This document shows positions 47,509 to 58,778 of a stretch of DNA of 64,000 bases, in pieces. The notes beneath the pieces are model-generated. The model saw only the letters and a program-made list of their open reading frames with translations. It did not search any database and was not told the origin of the DNA. This stretch comes from Corallochytrium limacisporum Hawaii (lineage: Eukaryota; Protista; Pluriformea): contig PDIP01000112.1 in the NCBI GenBank assembly GCA_002811645.1, positions 5,693 to 69,692 on the forward strand, given 5' to 3'. Position 1 is the first letter of the stretch; every line of letters begins with the position of its first letter. A program made the position numbers and the translations under genes.

Positions 47509-47764
47509 NNNNNNNNNNNNNNNNNNNNNNNNNNNNNNNNNNNNNNNNNNNNNNNNNNNNNNNNNNNNNNNNNNNNNNNNNNNNNNNNNNNNNNNNNNNN
47601 NNNNNNNNNNNNNNNNNNNNNNNNNNNNNNNNNNNNNNNNNNNNNNNNNNNNNNNNNNNNNNNNNNNNNNNNNNNNNNNNNNNNNNNNNNNNNNNNNNNN
47701 NNNNNNNNNNNNNNNNNNNNNNNNNNNNNNNNNNNNNNNNNNNNNNNNNNNNNNNNNNNNNNNN
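47509..47764. other. Assembly gap flanked by poly-C and poly-G
   Basis: N bases. Confidence 1.
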
Positions 47765-48589
47765 GGGGGAAGGGGGATTGAGAAGGGACCCACTCTTCCA
47801 GGGTGGGCCTCCTCGAAGGGCCTGTGTGGCCCGAACCCGTCCTCTTGCTGCAGTGGCTAGGCCCGAGAGTGATTTCTGATCAAGCACGGTCGTGTATCAC
47901 CATGTTGGATGTTTCGTGTGCTTTCATGGAAATGGCAATAGCGACCAATCTGCAGTTGTCCTGGACGAGGATTTGATGATCTAGTGGGGTCTCCGTACCA
48001 CGTACCTCAATCACTTCATACGGAGTGACGGGCGTTATTTCAGCTTTTGCAACTGTGTGTCGGTGGGATCAACTCCGCCAACTTGGCTTGAATCTGCTGA
48101 TTCCCTTGATACAGTAACTCGCGGGGTTATCACCCAAAGAGAACAAGGTGCACTTCACTTGATGGCACCACCATCGGCCTTGGTAGATTTAGAACTGTCC
48201 CTCCCACCTTCCTTCCCCCCGCAGGGGAATTCGTACAAACTCAACTGTTTTGCTGATGTGGACGACAACTAACGAAATTGGTGTGGTGGCTAAATTTGTC
48301 ACCACCTTGTAGGACGATGATTGCGGCCGCAATGTGTCAACATCACACGACTGGACTCGTACACACGCAAAGAAACAAGAGTTGTCTCATGTTATGGGAT
48401 CGCTCAAAGATAACCCAGATTTGCTTCTGTTGCATTTACTCGGTATTATGTAGCTAGATCCTTTTCTCAGGGCGTGGATCATAGAGGGTACTTTAAATAA
48501 TCATCGACTCTGTACGATACTGTACCAAAAGTTTTCATTTGTGGTTCAAGTGAACTCTTCGACACGTTCCCTTTGCCTGATCATAGACC

Positions 48590-49540
48590 ATGGGTTCCTA
48601 CCCGTACGAGTTCGCTCTTGAGTACTATCGTCGTGCTCGAGGGCTCGTCTTTGGTGATCCCCGTGACCACTTGGACAGCACTGATTCCCACTGGAAGCCT
48701 AAGAATGCGTCCGCCATCGTGACTGGAGGCAACGTGGGCCTCGGCAAGGAGACTGTGGAGTATCTCGCTGCTCTGGGTTGGGATGTAACACTTGCGTGCC
48801 GCACCGTGTCCAAGGGTGAGGATGCGAAGAAGGACATTCAAAGCCGTGTACAGACTGCCAAAATCACTGTTGAAGAGCTCGATCTCGAGTCATTCCGCAG
48901 CGTGCAGGACTTTGCCAAGCGCTACAAGGATTCTAAGAAGCCTTTGCATGTTCTCTGCAACAATGCCGGTCGATGGGTCTCCGAACGCTCAAAGACCGGT
49001 GACGGCATTGAGACTACGATTCAAACGAACCATCTGAGTCCGATGCTGTTGACTCTCCTGCTTCTGCCTGTGTTGAAGTCCACGGAAGGTGCCAGGGTGG
49101 TGAACATTGCCTCCAGGGGCCACTACATATCTGATTGGCGAACTGACGATCCAGAATGCGAGAAGGTGGACCCTTATGAAGGTCGTATTACCTACGGTCA
49201 CTCCAAGATGGCGAACGTTCTCTTCACCAAGAGGTTCGTGAAAGAATACCCGGAGATATACTCTTTTGCGGTGCACCCGGGCCTGGTGCACACACAGTTC
49301 ACTCGGTTCGTCCCCTCCTATTCCGGAGTCACGGATGGGCTCCTGTGGCTGGTCGCGAAATCAGCGGCTGTTGGTGCCCACACGCAGCAATACCTGAGCA
49401 CGGCGCCGATCGACAAGCTCGTCAACGGTGAATACTACGGCGACTGTGAAATCCTGGTGACCTCTTCAGGTGTTAATGAAAAGGCCGCTGACGCTTGCTG
49501 GGACTGGTCCATGGATAAGATCACGAAGTATCTAAAGTAA
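48590..49540 (+). CDS. Short-chain dehydrogenase/reductase (RDH11-14/WWOX-like)
   Basis: TGGNVGLG, LACR, NNAG, YGHSK, VHPGLV. Confidence 0.92.
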   Translation: MGSYPYEFALEYYRRARGLVFGDPRDHLDSTDSHWKPKNASAIVTGGNVGLGKETVEYLAALGWDVTLACRTVSKGEDAKKDIQSRVQTAKITVEELDLESFRSVQDFAKRYKDSKKPLHVLCNNAGRWVSERSKTGDGIETTIQTNHLSPMLLTLLLLPVLKSTEGARVVNIASRGHYISDWRTDDPECEKVDPYEGRITYGHSKMANVLFTKRFVKEYPEIYSFAVHPGLVHTQFTRFVPSYSGVTDGLLWLVAKSAAVGAHTQQYLSTAPIDKLVNGEYYGDCEILVTSSGVNEKAADACWDWSMDKITKYLK

Positions 49541-49962
49541 GGGAACGATCCCTAACTTCTCGCATCATAAAGCCATCATCAGTTACTGGCCAGATACAAA
49601 CGTGAGATTTCCACACACAGACGGTTCTATACGTACAATACAGATACCATGCACAACCAACAGCTACAAACACTAGAGCTCCTCCTCCTGCGTCATCGCG
49701 ATCGTTGACACTGTGGTCCCGTGCTCTCTCTCCCGTCCACCCACCCTGTCCACATCCTCACCCTCTCTTCTCCCGCTTACCCGGACCGCGCTCTTAGCAG
49801 ACCCGGAGGGACCCGCAAGAATCATCTCCAACTCCCCTCCCTTTTTTCTTCCCTTGCCTCCCGCAGTGCGGTGCGATGGCGGGCTAGTTCGTCACTCACC
49901 CGCCGTGCCCTTGGGAGGGGGGGGGGGGGGGGACGCCTAATCCCCTCCTCCCCTCCCGGGGG

Positions 49963-50030
49963 NNNNNNNNNNNNNNNNNNNNNNNNNNNNNNNNNNNNNN
50001 NNNNNNNNNNNNNNNNNNNNNNNNNNNNNN
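49963..50030. other. Assembly gap within a poly-G region
   Basis: N bases. Confidence 1.
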
Positions 50031-50478
50031 GGGGGGGGGGAGGGACGCCTAATCCCCTCCTCCCCTCCCGGGGGTTCCCCGATGAGTGCGAGGTTGGGCC
50101 CCTACACCTACTACCCCACCTCACCCTACCCACGGGCCTCCCCGCCCCGCCCCCCTCCGGTTGGTTCGCAAGCGGCAGGCGCACTTGCCGCAGTGTGGCT
50201 TTTTGGTGGGTAGGAAGTGGTTAGTCACCGCAGCCACGGTATTTCATTGGTACATGGGAGCTAATTTAAGTACAGAGCCATCCACTAAAATGAGTTTTAT
50301 AGAGAAATAAGTTAGCTTCATGTAGTAGATCGCTTTTCAAACTATGTGACCAATGAACTCAAACAAGCCGAATTTGTACACTAAACTGGTTTTGTGAACG
50401 CAACGGGATGTTACGGAATACAGGTCTTCCGTTAGGAATTAAGTGCGGTTAGCATAAACTTACACAAAATAAGACATC

Positions 50479-52980
50479 ATGTCGAGGTTTTCTCATGATG
50501 ATCTTTACCACGACGGTGAAGAAGAGGACCAGAAAGTCGTTGAGATGAGTAGGGAAACCAGATCTAGTCGGCACCGGGATCGAAATGGCGGCCGTACCCG
50601 AGATTCCGGTCAGGCTGAAGCGACTTCAGCACACAATATTGTACCTGACGAAGTAGACATGGATCAATCCGGCGTAACGGTCAATAATGCATCGTTGCAG
50701 GTGCATCGGGAAGGATCTGCGAATTCGAGCAGAGTGTTGAGCGGAATGGATGCCATTACGGAAACACACACAGACCACGACACGAACAGCGAGAGCAGTC
50801 GACTCCCCGGCGAACCCGGTTCCCTCAATGATGTGCCCTTGACCAGTAGCATTGTGGCCAACAGCAAGCGGCAGGCAGTCGAAATGGAGGATTCGAACGA
50901 GGACGACAACAGAGTAAACGAAGACGAGTATACTCGCCGCAGTAGCCGAAACAAGCGCCGTCGGGATAACAACAATAACCGCAGTGGCAGTGAGCATTCC
51001 GCATCGACATCGGCCACAATCAAGACCGGTGCGACAGGATGCAGTAGCACATTGATGGCAGGCACGTCCGCAGCAAATCGCTCCACGGCAGCTGGTCCTG
51101 GTGCAGCTGCAAATGATGCCCATCCGGCAGGCATCAGTTCTCACAGTCGCACCACGCAGACTGCTCTAGACATGAGTGACATGATGGCTCAAGGTAGAGG
51201 GATGCCGGTTAGGCAACAGCAGCCACAGCAGCAGGGTTACCTGCAGACGACAACGAAAACCTTTGCCACCCCCCGACAGAACGTGGTGAATTCGCACGGC
51301 GACAGCCCGCCGGAGGCCCCCATTGTAAGCAGCGCCGTAGCCGTATCACCAGCAGCCGTCCAAACCCAGATCAATAATACCCACACCCACGTCGCCACCG
51401 CTGGTGCCAGTTGGATGGGTACCGACCACTTGGAAACTAACAATGCCGCTGAACCGTCGACGACGGCCACCGCATCAGGCCATCTGCCTGCGGGCAACTT
51501 TAACAAGCATATACGCAACCTAGTGGGCCGCCAAAACTCTGCCAGTAACTATCACAGGCACAGTGGCGATCATGAAGTAAATGTGCCGTCAGGCTCGCAT
51601 GCAGAGGGCACCGCTGGTGGAGGCAGTGGTGGGAAAGGGAAAGCACCGACCACGACCACCGGTGACGCTGTGCGTCATGGCAGCTACCGTGACTCCCGTC
51701 GTCGGGAGAGTCGGCAGAAGAGTCACCGTGGCAGCCACCGTGAGAGTCACCGTGATGGTAAGCGTGAATCGCGCCAGCATTCGCGGGCCTCGCGTCGTGG
51801 AGTCCGGGGAACATCGGACCGTCAAATTGAGAAGATCAAACATAATACCAGTCGTCACACGTCGCAGAACAAACACAGTGGCCGTCGGCACGGTCGACAC
51901 AGCGGCCGTAGCCGTTCGCACGACCACAACCGCCGGTCAAAATACGATGATCACAACGACCACTACAGATTCCGTCGCGGTGAGACTCTGTACGGTAAGT
52001 ATAAGGTCCGGGGTTTGCTCGGCGAAGGTACCTTTGGCCAGGTTGTGGAGTGCGAAGACAGGGATCGCGGTGGTCAGGTCGCGGCCGTGAAAATTATCCG
52101 CAGCACCCCCAAGTACAGGGACGCGGCAAAGATTGAAGTGAAGATTCTCAAGGACCTAAAGGCGGCCAATGGGGGCAAACATCACTACTGCGTGGAGCTG
52201 CTCGATTGGTTTGACTACCGCGGGCACATTTGCATTGTCTTTCGCCGCCTGGGGTTGAGTATCTTTGACTTTCTGAAGCAGAATGAATTCAAACCATACC
52301 TTGTGGAGCACATTCAGGCCTTTGCGCATCAACTGTTTACGGCCATTGACTTTATGCACCGAACCCACTATATCCACACCGACCTCAAACCCGAGAACAT
52401 TTTGCTCATGAGCAGCGAGGCCCTGTCGACCTACCACCCCAAGTACGGCAGCTACCGCCGGCTGCTGAACCCGGAGATCCGTCTCATCGACTTTGGATCC
52501 ACGCACCATGAACGCAGTCACCACTCCAGCGTAGTGAGCACGCGTCACTACCGGGCACCTGAGATCATGCTTGGACTGGGCTGGTCGTACCCTTGTGACC
52601 TTTGGAGCATTGGCTGCATCTTGATCGAACTTTATACGGGCCATGTCCTCTTCCAGACCCACGATAATCTGGAACATCTTGCCATGATGCAGAAGGTTAT
52701 TGGTCCCATCCCCGAGGATATCGTGGAGGCATGCCCGAAGACCAAATACTTTAGCCACCGCCGCCTGCGGTGGCCGAACAGCGATGTTCCATCATCCTCG
52801 ATTAAGTTCATCAATGCCCAGTGTCACCCCCTTTTCGAATATAAGCGGGAGAATGGTCAGGTGCACGACGATCTCATCGACCTCCTCAGCAAGCTGCTCC
52901 AATTCAATCCCCGTCACCGCCTAAGCGCCCGTGAAGCTCTGGAGCATCCATTCTGCCGCAGTTTGTCACCTTCATCTTAG
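50479..52980 (+). CDS. CLK: LAMMER/CLK dual-specificity kinase with long disordered R/S/H-rich N-terminus
   Basis: LGEGTFG, AVKII, HTDLKPENIL, DFG, STRHYRAPE, EHLAMMQK. Confidence 0.93.
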   Translation: MSRFSHDDLYHDGEEEDQKVVEMSRETRSSRHRDRNGGRTRDSGQAEATSAHNIVPDEVDMDQSGVTVNNASLQVHREGSANSSRVLSGMDAITETHTDHDTNSESSRLPGEPGSLNDVPLTSSIVANSKRQAVEMEDSNEDDNRVNEDEYTRRSSRNKRRRDNNNNRSGSEHSASTSATIKTGATGCSSTLMAGTSAANRSTAAGPGAAANDAHPAGISSHSRTTQTALDMSDMMAQGRGMPVRQQQPQQQGYLQTTTKTFATPRQNVVNSHGDSPPEAPIVSSAVAVSPAAVQTQINNTHTHVATAGASWMGTDHLETNNAAEPSTTATASGHLPAGNFNKHIRNLVGRQNSASNYHRHSGDHEVNVPSGSHAEGTAGGGSGGKGKAPTTTTGDAVRHGSYRDSRRRESRQKSHRGSHRESHRDGKRESRQHSRASRRGVRGTSDRQIEKIKHNTSRHTSQNKHSGRRHGRHSGRSRSHDHNRRSKYDDHNDHYRFRRGETLYGKYKVRGLLGEGTFGQVVECEDRDRGGQVAAVKIIRSTPKYRDAAKIEVKILKDLKAANGGKHHYCVELLDWFDYRGHICIVFRRLGLSIFDFLKQNEFKPYLVEHIQAFAHQLFTAIDFMHRTHYIHTDLKPENILLMSSEALSTYHPKYGSYRRLLNPEIRLIDFGSTHHERSHHSSVVSTRHYRAPEIMLGLGWSYPCDLWSIGCILIELYTGHVLFQTHDNLEHLAMMQKVIGPIPEDIVEACPKTKYFSHRRLRWPNSDVPSSSIKFINAQCHPLFEYKRENGQVHDDLIDLLSKLLQFNPRHRLSAREALEHPFCRSLSPSS

Positions 52981-54411
52981 GAAGGATCGGAAGTTCGCAT
53001 CGATTACGTTCGCTAGACGCATAGTGTGCGTTATTTGCCACATCATGACCGATTACATATTTATGACTTTCAGCACCATCACCATAATTGCAAACCGTCC
53101 AGTTCCCCATTCTGGAAGTCTCTACCCTCAACGTGCCCGTTGATGCTGTCAAATTGCCGTTGCGACGGTGTGCCCATCCGTGTCCCACAAACCCGTCCCT
53201 TTGGACCTTGGGGTCTGGCCGGCGATCGCAAAGGGAGGCGGGACAGAACAATGGCCAAATCCCGTAATGAGGCCCCCCTTCAACCCTTGGGTCTCAGGTT
53301 AAGAAACATAAAAAAAAGAAAAAAAAAAAGAAAAGAGGGAGAGAAAAAGGAGGAGAGAAGTGTCACAAATCTCATCGCTTTTTGCCTCTGCTGGGCCAAT
53401 GGGCCCAGTACTGGAACAAACTGCCCCTCACTTTCACCAAAACGAAAAAAAAAAAGAGGTGAAAAGAACGAGATTTTTTCTATTTGAAGAAAATATTCTC
53501 GTGTTGGAAGGGGAGGGTTGCAATTGGGAGCTGGGTCGGTTGGAAGGCCAAGCGGGAGAAAAAGCACCGAACACTTCACTTCCGGGCCCGAGGGGGAACC
53601 CCCGGGGGGGGGGGGTCTCCAGGCAAAGCTTCCCTCCTTACTCCCAAAAGAACCGAAAGGAAACACAGCTACGAAATACAAACCCTTTAAGAAACTAAAA
53701 CACAACAAAGGAGAAAGAAAGAAAAAAAGGGGGGGGCCGGGGGAAAGGAGAGAGTTGGCAGCAACCGGGGAAACTTCAAAAAGCCGGGAACAAATACAAA
53801 AAGGCAAAAGGGCAAAAGCAAAAAAAATATATAGAAAGAAAGCAAGGTACAGGGCGGTGGTAATAAAAACTGTGTAGAATATATCATCACATGAGTGGCT
53901 TTTTCTGTTAAAGTATTCAATTCAAAGTTTCCGTTCTTACACACGTCCCCCTCCCCCCAACAACACACACACCCGTCCGGTCACTTCGTACAAGAATGCC
54001 TCTCTCTCGCTCACTCTCTCTCTCTCTCTCTCTGTGTGCCGGCCAGTGTTGGACGGACATGGCAGTCTCACCAACAAAACACCACCTCCTCAGTTCGCGG
54101 CCTTCGGAAATCCAAGAAAAAAAAAAGGGGGGCGCGCGTCGCTTAAAGGAGGGGAGCCGTAGGGAAAAGATCGTAAACCCAAAAAGTAAAATTAGGAATT
54201 AAAAGAAAAAGGGAGAGACAGAGAGACATGGACCTGTGTGTGGCCCCGGTGGGGGTGGTGGTGGTGGCGTACGCGTCTGGGCCCTGGTTGGCTCTTTCTA
54301 CCTTCGGCGATGGCCGGAGGGGGGAGGGAAGGGAGGTTGTGTGGTTCCTGGGCCTCACCCTCCCCTGAACATCTCCCGGATACATTCCTGAGCACCAACG
54401 TTTGTCCCGGT

Positions 54412-54466
54412 GCAGAGCAGAGCAGAGCAGAGCAGAGCAGAGCAGAGCAGAGCAGAGCAGAGCAGA
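54412..54466. repeat. (GCAGA)11 pentanucleotide microsatellite
   Basis: Directly visible. Confidence 0.9.
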
Positions 54467-55408
54467 GAGAGAGCGCCGGCCCAAAGAATGCCAAAGAAAA
54501 ATACCAAGGAAAAATGAAAATCTTGTCCTTTTCGTCTCTCTGTCTCTTTTCTTTCTACCACTACCATCGTTCCTCCGGCCCCTACCTCTCCCCCCCCTAT
54601 CCTTCCCTTCCCTTTTCATACTTAACCCAACCAACCAACCGCTTCTCTCTTTCCCTTCTCTCTTCCCCAGGGGTACGTGGGCCTGCCTGCCGGTCTTTTT
54701 CCATTATTTTCCTTGTTGGTTGCTCCGCAGCTTTTTCTTAGAGGGCCCGCCATTTTTTCATAATTCCTGCGCGTAGGTATGGGGATCCCACAAGAACAGA
54801 CACACCGCCCCGATATCTTTAGAATATAAAGGAAAAAGGTTGCAAGAAAAGGGGAAAGAATACACTTTTTTTGGGCGGTTGGTGGTGGCTCGCTCGCGAT
54901 GGAAGAGGGAAGGGAAGCAGCAGCGGGAAAGGGGGGAAGGACCAGCCCCCCCCCCCCTTTTTCTTTTTTAACCACCCAAACCCCAGCCCCAGAGATCGGC
55001 GGAGGCGATCTCTGGGTGAGTGTGTGTGTTGCGCCTTGGAATGGCAACTGACCCCAAGGGTCACGGCGGAGCCACACTCGACCGACCCTTGGGTTCCCAG
55101 CCATTGTGAGGAACGGCAGAGATTCAGGTGTTCTTGACTTTGTGGTCTTGTTTGGAAAACGGTGTGGGAAGAAATGGAGATGAATGATGTTGTATGTTCT
55201 TCAGGGTTATGGAAGATACCCGCTGTTGCGGTTCAAAGGGTAGTTCACGGCGCGGTGTCCGTGGTGAAGGACGAGTGGCTGACATTGCATCCGAGACAGA
55301 AACAGGGAAATCGCTTTGTGAGGAAATACGACAATCGTGGCTTTGCGGGACCATTAGTTTCTTCAATCCCTTTCCTGACCATTTGCTTTCCAAGAGTCTC
55401 AGACCAAG

Positions 55409-58400
55409 ATGGCTCCCGAGACAACAATCTCGGAATCAGAGGGCACAAGAAGGAGTATGGACCAACCCTCCGGTTCCCGGAATAGGAACCGTGACCGAGC
55501 TGGCATTGTCACTGTTCATGTGAAGAAGGCAGAGGGCTTGCAGGCCAAGGACCTGGGCGGGACCAGTGATCCTTTTGTAGTATTCAAGGTCAATGGGAAG
55601 AAAGTAGCGCAGTCCAGGACCGTGTACAAGAACCTGAACCCGGTTTTCAATGATACAGTTGAATTTGAGACCAGTGGAGCAACAGAGTTGGAATGTCTTG
55701 TGTATGACTATGACCGCTTCAATGCGAATGATCTATGTGGTACTGGTGTGCAGACATTGTTGTCACTTGCTCACATGGAAGAGATGTCGGTGGTGGTTAA
55801 TTTGGAACCCAAGGGGTTTTTGCACCTTACTCTACGCCTGATCAATCCCTTCTTGCTGAGTAGTAGACCGCAGGACTGTGTCAAGGTACTGGAGGGGGGT
55901 ACTTCTTTGCTCAAGGCAACCAAACGAAACAGACTGCATCGTCGAACCTTCAAGGTCAACGACACCGGCTCAGAACTTCTGTGGAACTCACCAACCAAAC
56001 GGGCGGCCAAAACACTGATCCACTTTTCCGATGTTCAGGAGATTCGTACTGGTAATTTGTCGAGTCAGATTAGTGCACGGTGTCCGGAGGAATGCAAAGA
56101 GTGGGGCATTCAAGTCATTCACGGTGGTAACTTTAATGTTTTGCAACTGGTGTGTGACTCGCAGGCAGAGTTTGACATTTGGCGGGTTGGCCTGGACACG
56201 CTCATGAAGAAAGGCCACGGTAGCATCAGCGATATTCAGACCAACTGGCTACGCAAGCAGTGGCTAATTGCCGACACAGATTCCAGTGGAACACTGGACT
56301 TTGAGGAAGTGTACACCTTGCTCAAGAAGTTGAGTGCTGAGGAGTCACGGGCCCACTTGCAGACTCGATTCGAGGACATGAACAAGGACATCAAGACCGA
56401 TGAATTGGAATTTGACGAGTTCCGCGATCTCTGGCGCCAACTGACTGAGCGTCCTGAGATCCGTAAACTCTGGGAGGTGCACGCCAAGAAGCACGGCGGT
56501 GTCTACATGACGGCATTGGAACTGCAGGAGTTCCTGGCTGAAGAACAGGGCCAAAAGATTGATCTATCGGAAGTGGAGACAGTCATGGCGGAAGTGGAGC
56601 CCTCACAAGAAGCCAGCTCTGCCGGCATTCTCACGTATGATGGCTTCCTTGATCTCATGACCACCGAATTCATGGCACCGATAGATCGTGAGGTCACCTC
56701 CGCTGTGTACCAAAACATGAATCAGCCCCTTACTCACTACTGGATCAACTCTAGCCATAATACGTACCTACTGGGTGATCAGTTGCGCTCTAAGTCGAGC
56801 GTTGAAGCATACATTCGGGCCCTCCAGCGCGGTTGTCGCTGCGTGGAGCTGGACTGCTGGGATGCAGATGACGGTGACCCGTGTATCTATCACGGCAAGA
56901 CTCTAACATCCAAGATTAAGTTTAATGACGCCATCCAGGCCATCAAGGACTACGCTTTTGTCGCCAGTGACTACCCCGTGATTCTCAGTCTGGAGAACCA
57001 TTGCAGTCTGCCCCAGCAGACCAAGATGGCCGCATACATGAAGGACATTCTGGGAGACCTTTTGGTGCAGGACTATATTGATGGTGATGACGATATAGAT
57101 TTCCTGCCGTCACCAGAGGCTCTGAAGAACAAGATCATTGTGAAAGGCAAGCGGTTGCCTAAGGACGCGACCATCGTTGAGACGGAAGAAGGTGCGGCTG
57201 CGGAGGATTTTGAAGAGGACGACTCCGACGAGGACGCCAAGTACGATGATGATGAAAGTGGTGAGCTGTCTCGCTCCACTCCCGGTTCAGCCACCGATGT
57301 TGCCATTCCAGAAGGAAACGCCGTTCCCCCGACCGAAATCCAGGTCGACGGGAGTCAGACTACGGCAGCCGGAGGAGAGGCCGAACCTAGCACAGAGACT
57401 TCTGGCAAGGAAAAGAAACTCACTCGCCGGGGTAGCACGACCTCCGACACGGATAGCATTGGCAAGAAGTCCGGGGCGACTACTAAGCGGGCCAAGTCTG
57501 GAAAGAACAAATCCAAGCCCAAGAAGAAGAAACCCATGAAAATCGCTGTGGAACTGAGCAACCTAGTCGTCTACTGCGCTTCTGTCCATTTCGGTGGCTT
57601 CGCCCAGTACCGCGAGAAGTTTAAATGCTGGCAAATGTCCAGCTTTGCGGAGAAGAAAATGGAACGGCTGTGCGAGAATCATGCGGAAGACTACGTCGAT
57701 CACAACAAGAAGTACCTGAGCCGAATCTACCCTGCTGGCACTAGAGTGGATTCGTCCAACTACAACCCAGTCGCTGCATGGGCATCCGGCTGCCAAATTG
57801 TCGCCCTGAACTTCCAGACTGACGACGAACCCATGCAAATTAACCGGGGCAAGTTTCTGGATAATGGTGGCTGTGGCTACGTTCTCAAGCCGAAGTACAT
57901 GCGCGAGCCCGGATTCCACACATTTGATCCGAGGAAACCAGGCAAGGAGAAGCAGACCCTTCGTATCCATCTGATATCGGGTCAACGCATCCCCAAGGTT
58001 GCCGGTACCACCGCAGGCAAGGATAAGATTGACCCTTACGTCAAGTTTAAGATGGTAGGCTGCACTCAAGACACGCAACATACCAAGAGTACCATGGTCA
58101 AGGATAACGGCTTTAATCCGAAGTGGAACGAGGAGTTTTGCTTCCCTCTCTGTGCTCCCGAGGTTGCCCTGCTGCGCATTGAGATCTGGGACGAGGGCTA
58201 CAAGAACTCCTACATTTGCCAGTCCGTGCTGCCCGTGAACCTCTTACGCCCTGGCTACCGGCACGTTCGCATGCTTAACAACCATGGCGATGACTTGAAC
58301 TGCACTCTGTTCGTGTATGTGCGGTATCTGGACGGCCTCGCAGACGAGAGCACCACAGGCCACCAGGACGCTGTGGTCAAATGGGCCAAGAGGCGCCGAA

Positions 58401-58576
58401 CTAGTAATTCGCAGAAGCAAAGTGCTAGTAATTCGCAGAAGCAAAGTGCTAGTAATTCGCAGAAGCAAAGTGCTAGTAATTCGCAGAAGCAAAGTGCTAG
58501 TAATTCGCAGAAACAAAATGCCAGCAATTCACAGAAGCAAAATGCCAGTGGTTCGCAGAAGAAGGCTGCTGCGTGA
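55409..58576 (+). CDS. Phosphoinositide-specific phospholipase C, delta-like core with extra N-terminal C2 (C2-PH-EF-X-Y-C2)
   Basis: N-terminal C2 (AKDLGGTSDPFV..LNPVFND..YDYD); PH; EF hand (DTDSSGTLDFEE); X box (SSHNTYL, GCRCVELDCWD, YHGKT); Y box (SRIYPAGTRVDSSNY); C-terminal C2. Confidence 0.93.
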   Translation: MAPETTISESEGTRRSMDQPSGSRNRNRDRAGIVTVHVKKAEGLQAKDLGGTSDPFVVFKVNGKKVAQSRTVYKNLNPVFNDTVEFETSGATELECLVYDYDRFNANDLCGTGVQTLLSLAHMEEMSVVVNLEPKGFLHLTLRLINPFLLSSRPQDCVKVLEGGTSLLKATKRNRLHRRTFKVNDTGSELLWNSPTKRAAKTLIHFSDVQEIRTGNLSSQISARCPEECKEWGIQVIHGGNFNVLQLVCDSQAEFDIWRVGLDTLMKKGHGSISDIQTNWLRKQWLIADTDSSGTLDFEEVYTLLKKLSAEESRAHLQTRFEDMNKDIKTDELEFDEFRDLWRQLTERPEIRKLWEVHAKKHGGVYMTALELQEFLAEEQGQKIDLSEVETVMAEVEPSQEASSAGILTYDGFLDLMTTEFMAPIDREVTSAVYQNMNQPLTHYWINSSHNTYLLGDQLRSKSSVEAYIRALQRGCRCVELDCWDADDGDPCIYHGKTLTSKIKFNDAIQAIKDYAFVASDYPVILSLENHCSLPQQTKMAAYMKDILGDLLVQDYIDGDDDIDFLPSPEALKNKIIVKGKRLPKDATIVETEEGAAAEDFEEDDSDEDAKYDDDESGELSRSTPGSATDVAIPEGNAVPPTEIQVDGSQTTAAGGEAEPSTETSGKEKKLTRRGSTTSDTDSIGKKSGATTKRAKSGKNKSKPKKKKPMKIAVELSNLVVYCASVHFGGFAQYREKFKCWQMSSFAEKKMERLCENHAEDYVDHNKKYLSRIYPAGTRVDSSNYNPVAAWASGCQIVALNFQTDDEPMQINRGKFLDNGGCGYVLKPKYMREPGFHTFDPRKPGKEKQTLRIHLISGQRIPKVAGTTAGKDKIDPYVKFKMVGCTQDTQHTKSTMVKDNGFNPKWNEEFCFPLCAPEVALLRIEIWDEGYKNSYICQSVLPVNLLRPGYRHVRMLNNHGDDLNCTLFVYVRYLDGLADESTTGHQDAVVKWAKRRRTSNSQKQSASNSQKQSASNSQKQSASNSQKQSASNSQKQNASNSQKQNASGSQKKAAA
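58401..58561 (+). repeat. 24-bp coding minisatellite (~6.7 copies) encoding (SNSQKQSA)n at the PLC C-terminus
   Basis: CTAGTAATTCGCAGAAGCAAAGTG x4 identical, followed by diverged copies. Confidence 0.95.
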
Positions 58577-58778
58577 TTTGTTCATTCTGGCACGCCTGGC
58601 CAGTGGCGTTGCATCGCTTGATATACCTTGGGAAGTGGTCACCATAGGGAGTCAAAATCCACTAGATTGTCATTTATAATACGGCACATTATATACTGGT
58701 CAAGCAAACGTAATAAAAACTACAGGATGGCTCGTGATCAGGACCGAACCATGGCCATACACAATCATTCGATCGTCC

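Noticed and set aside
49931-50074. 32-bp direct repeat (GGACGCCTAATCCCCTCCTCCCCTCCCGGGGG) on both sides of a gap
   Set aside because: Most likely an unmerged contig overlap at a poly-G tract rather than a real duplication.
58401-58561. Regular 24-bp repeats as a CRISPR array
   Set aside because: No spacers, in frame within a eukaryotic CDS, and no cas genes.
17577-58576. Readthrough or Sec at other TGA stops (cathepsin, KDM5, PLC)
   Set aside because: The proteins appear complete, the extensions are short and motif-free, and I saw no SECIS.
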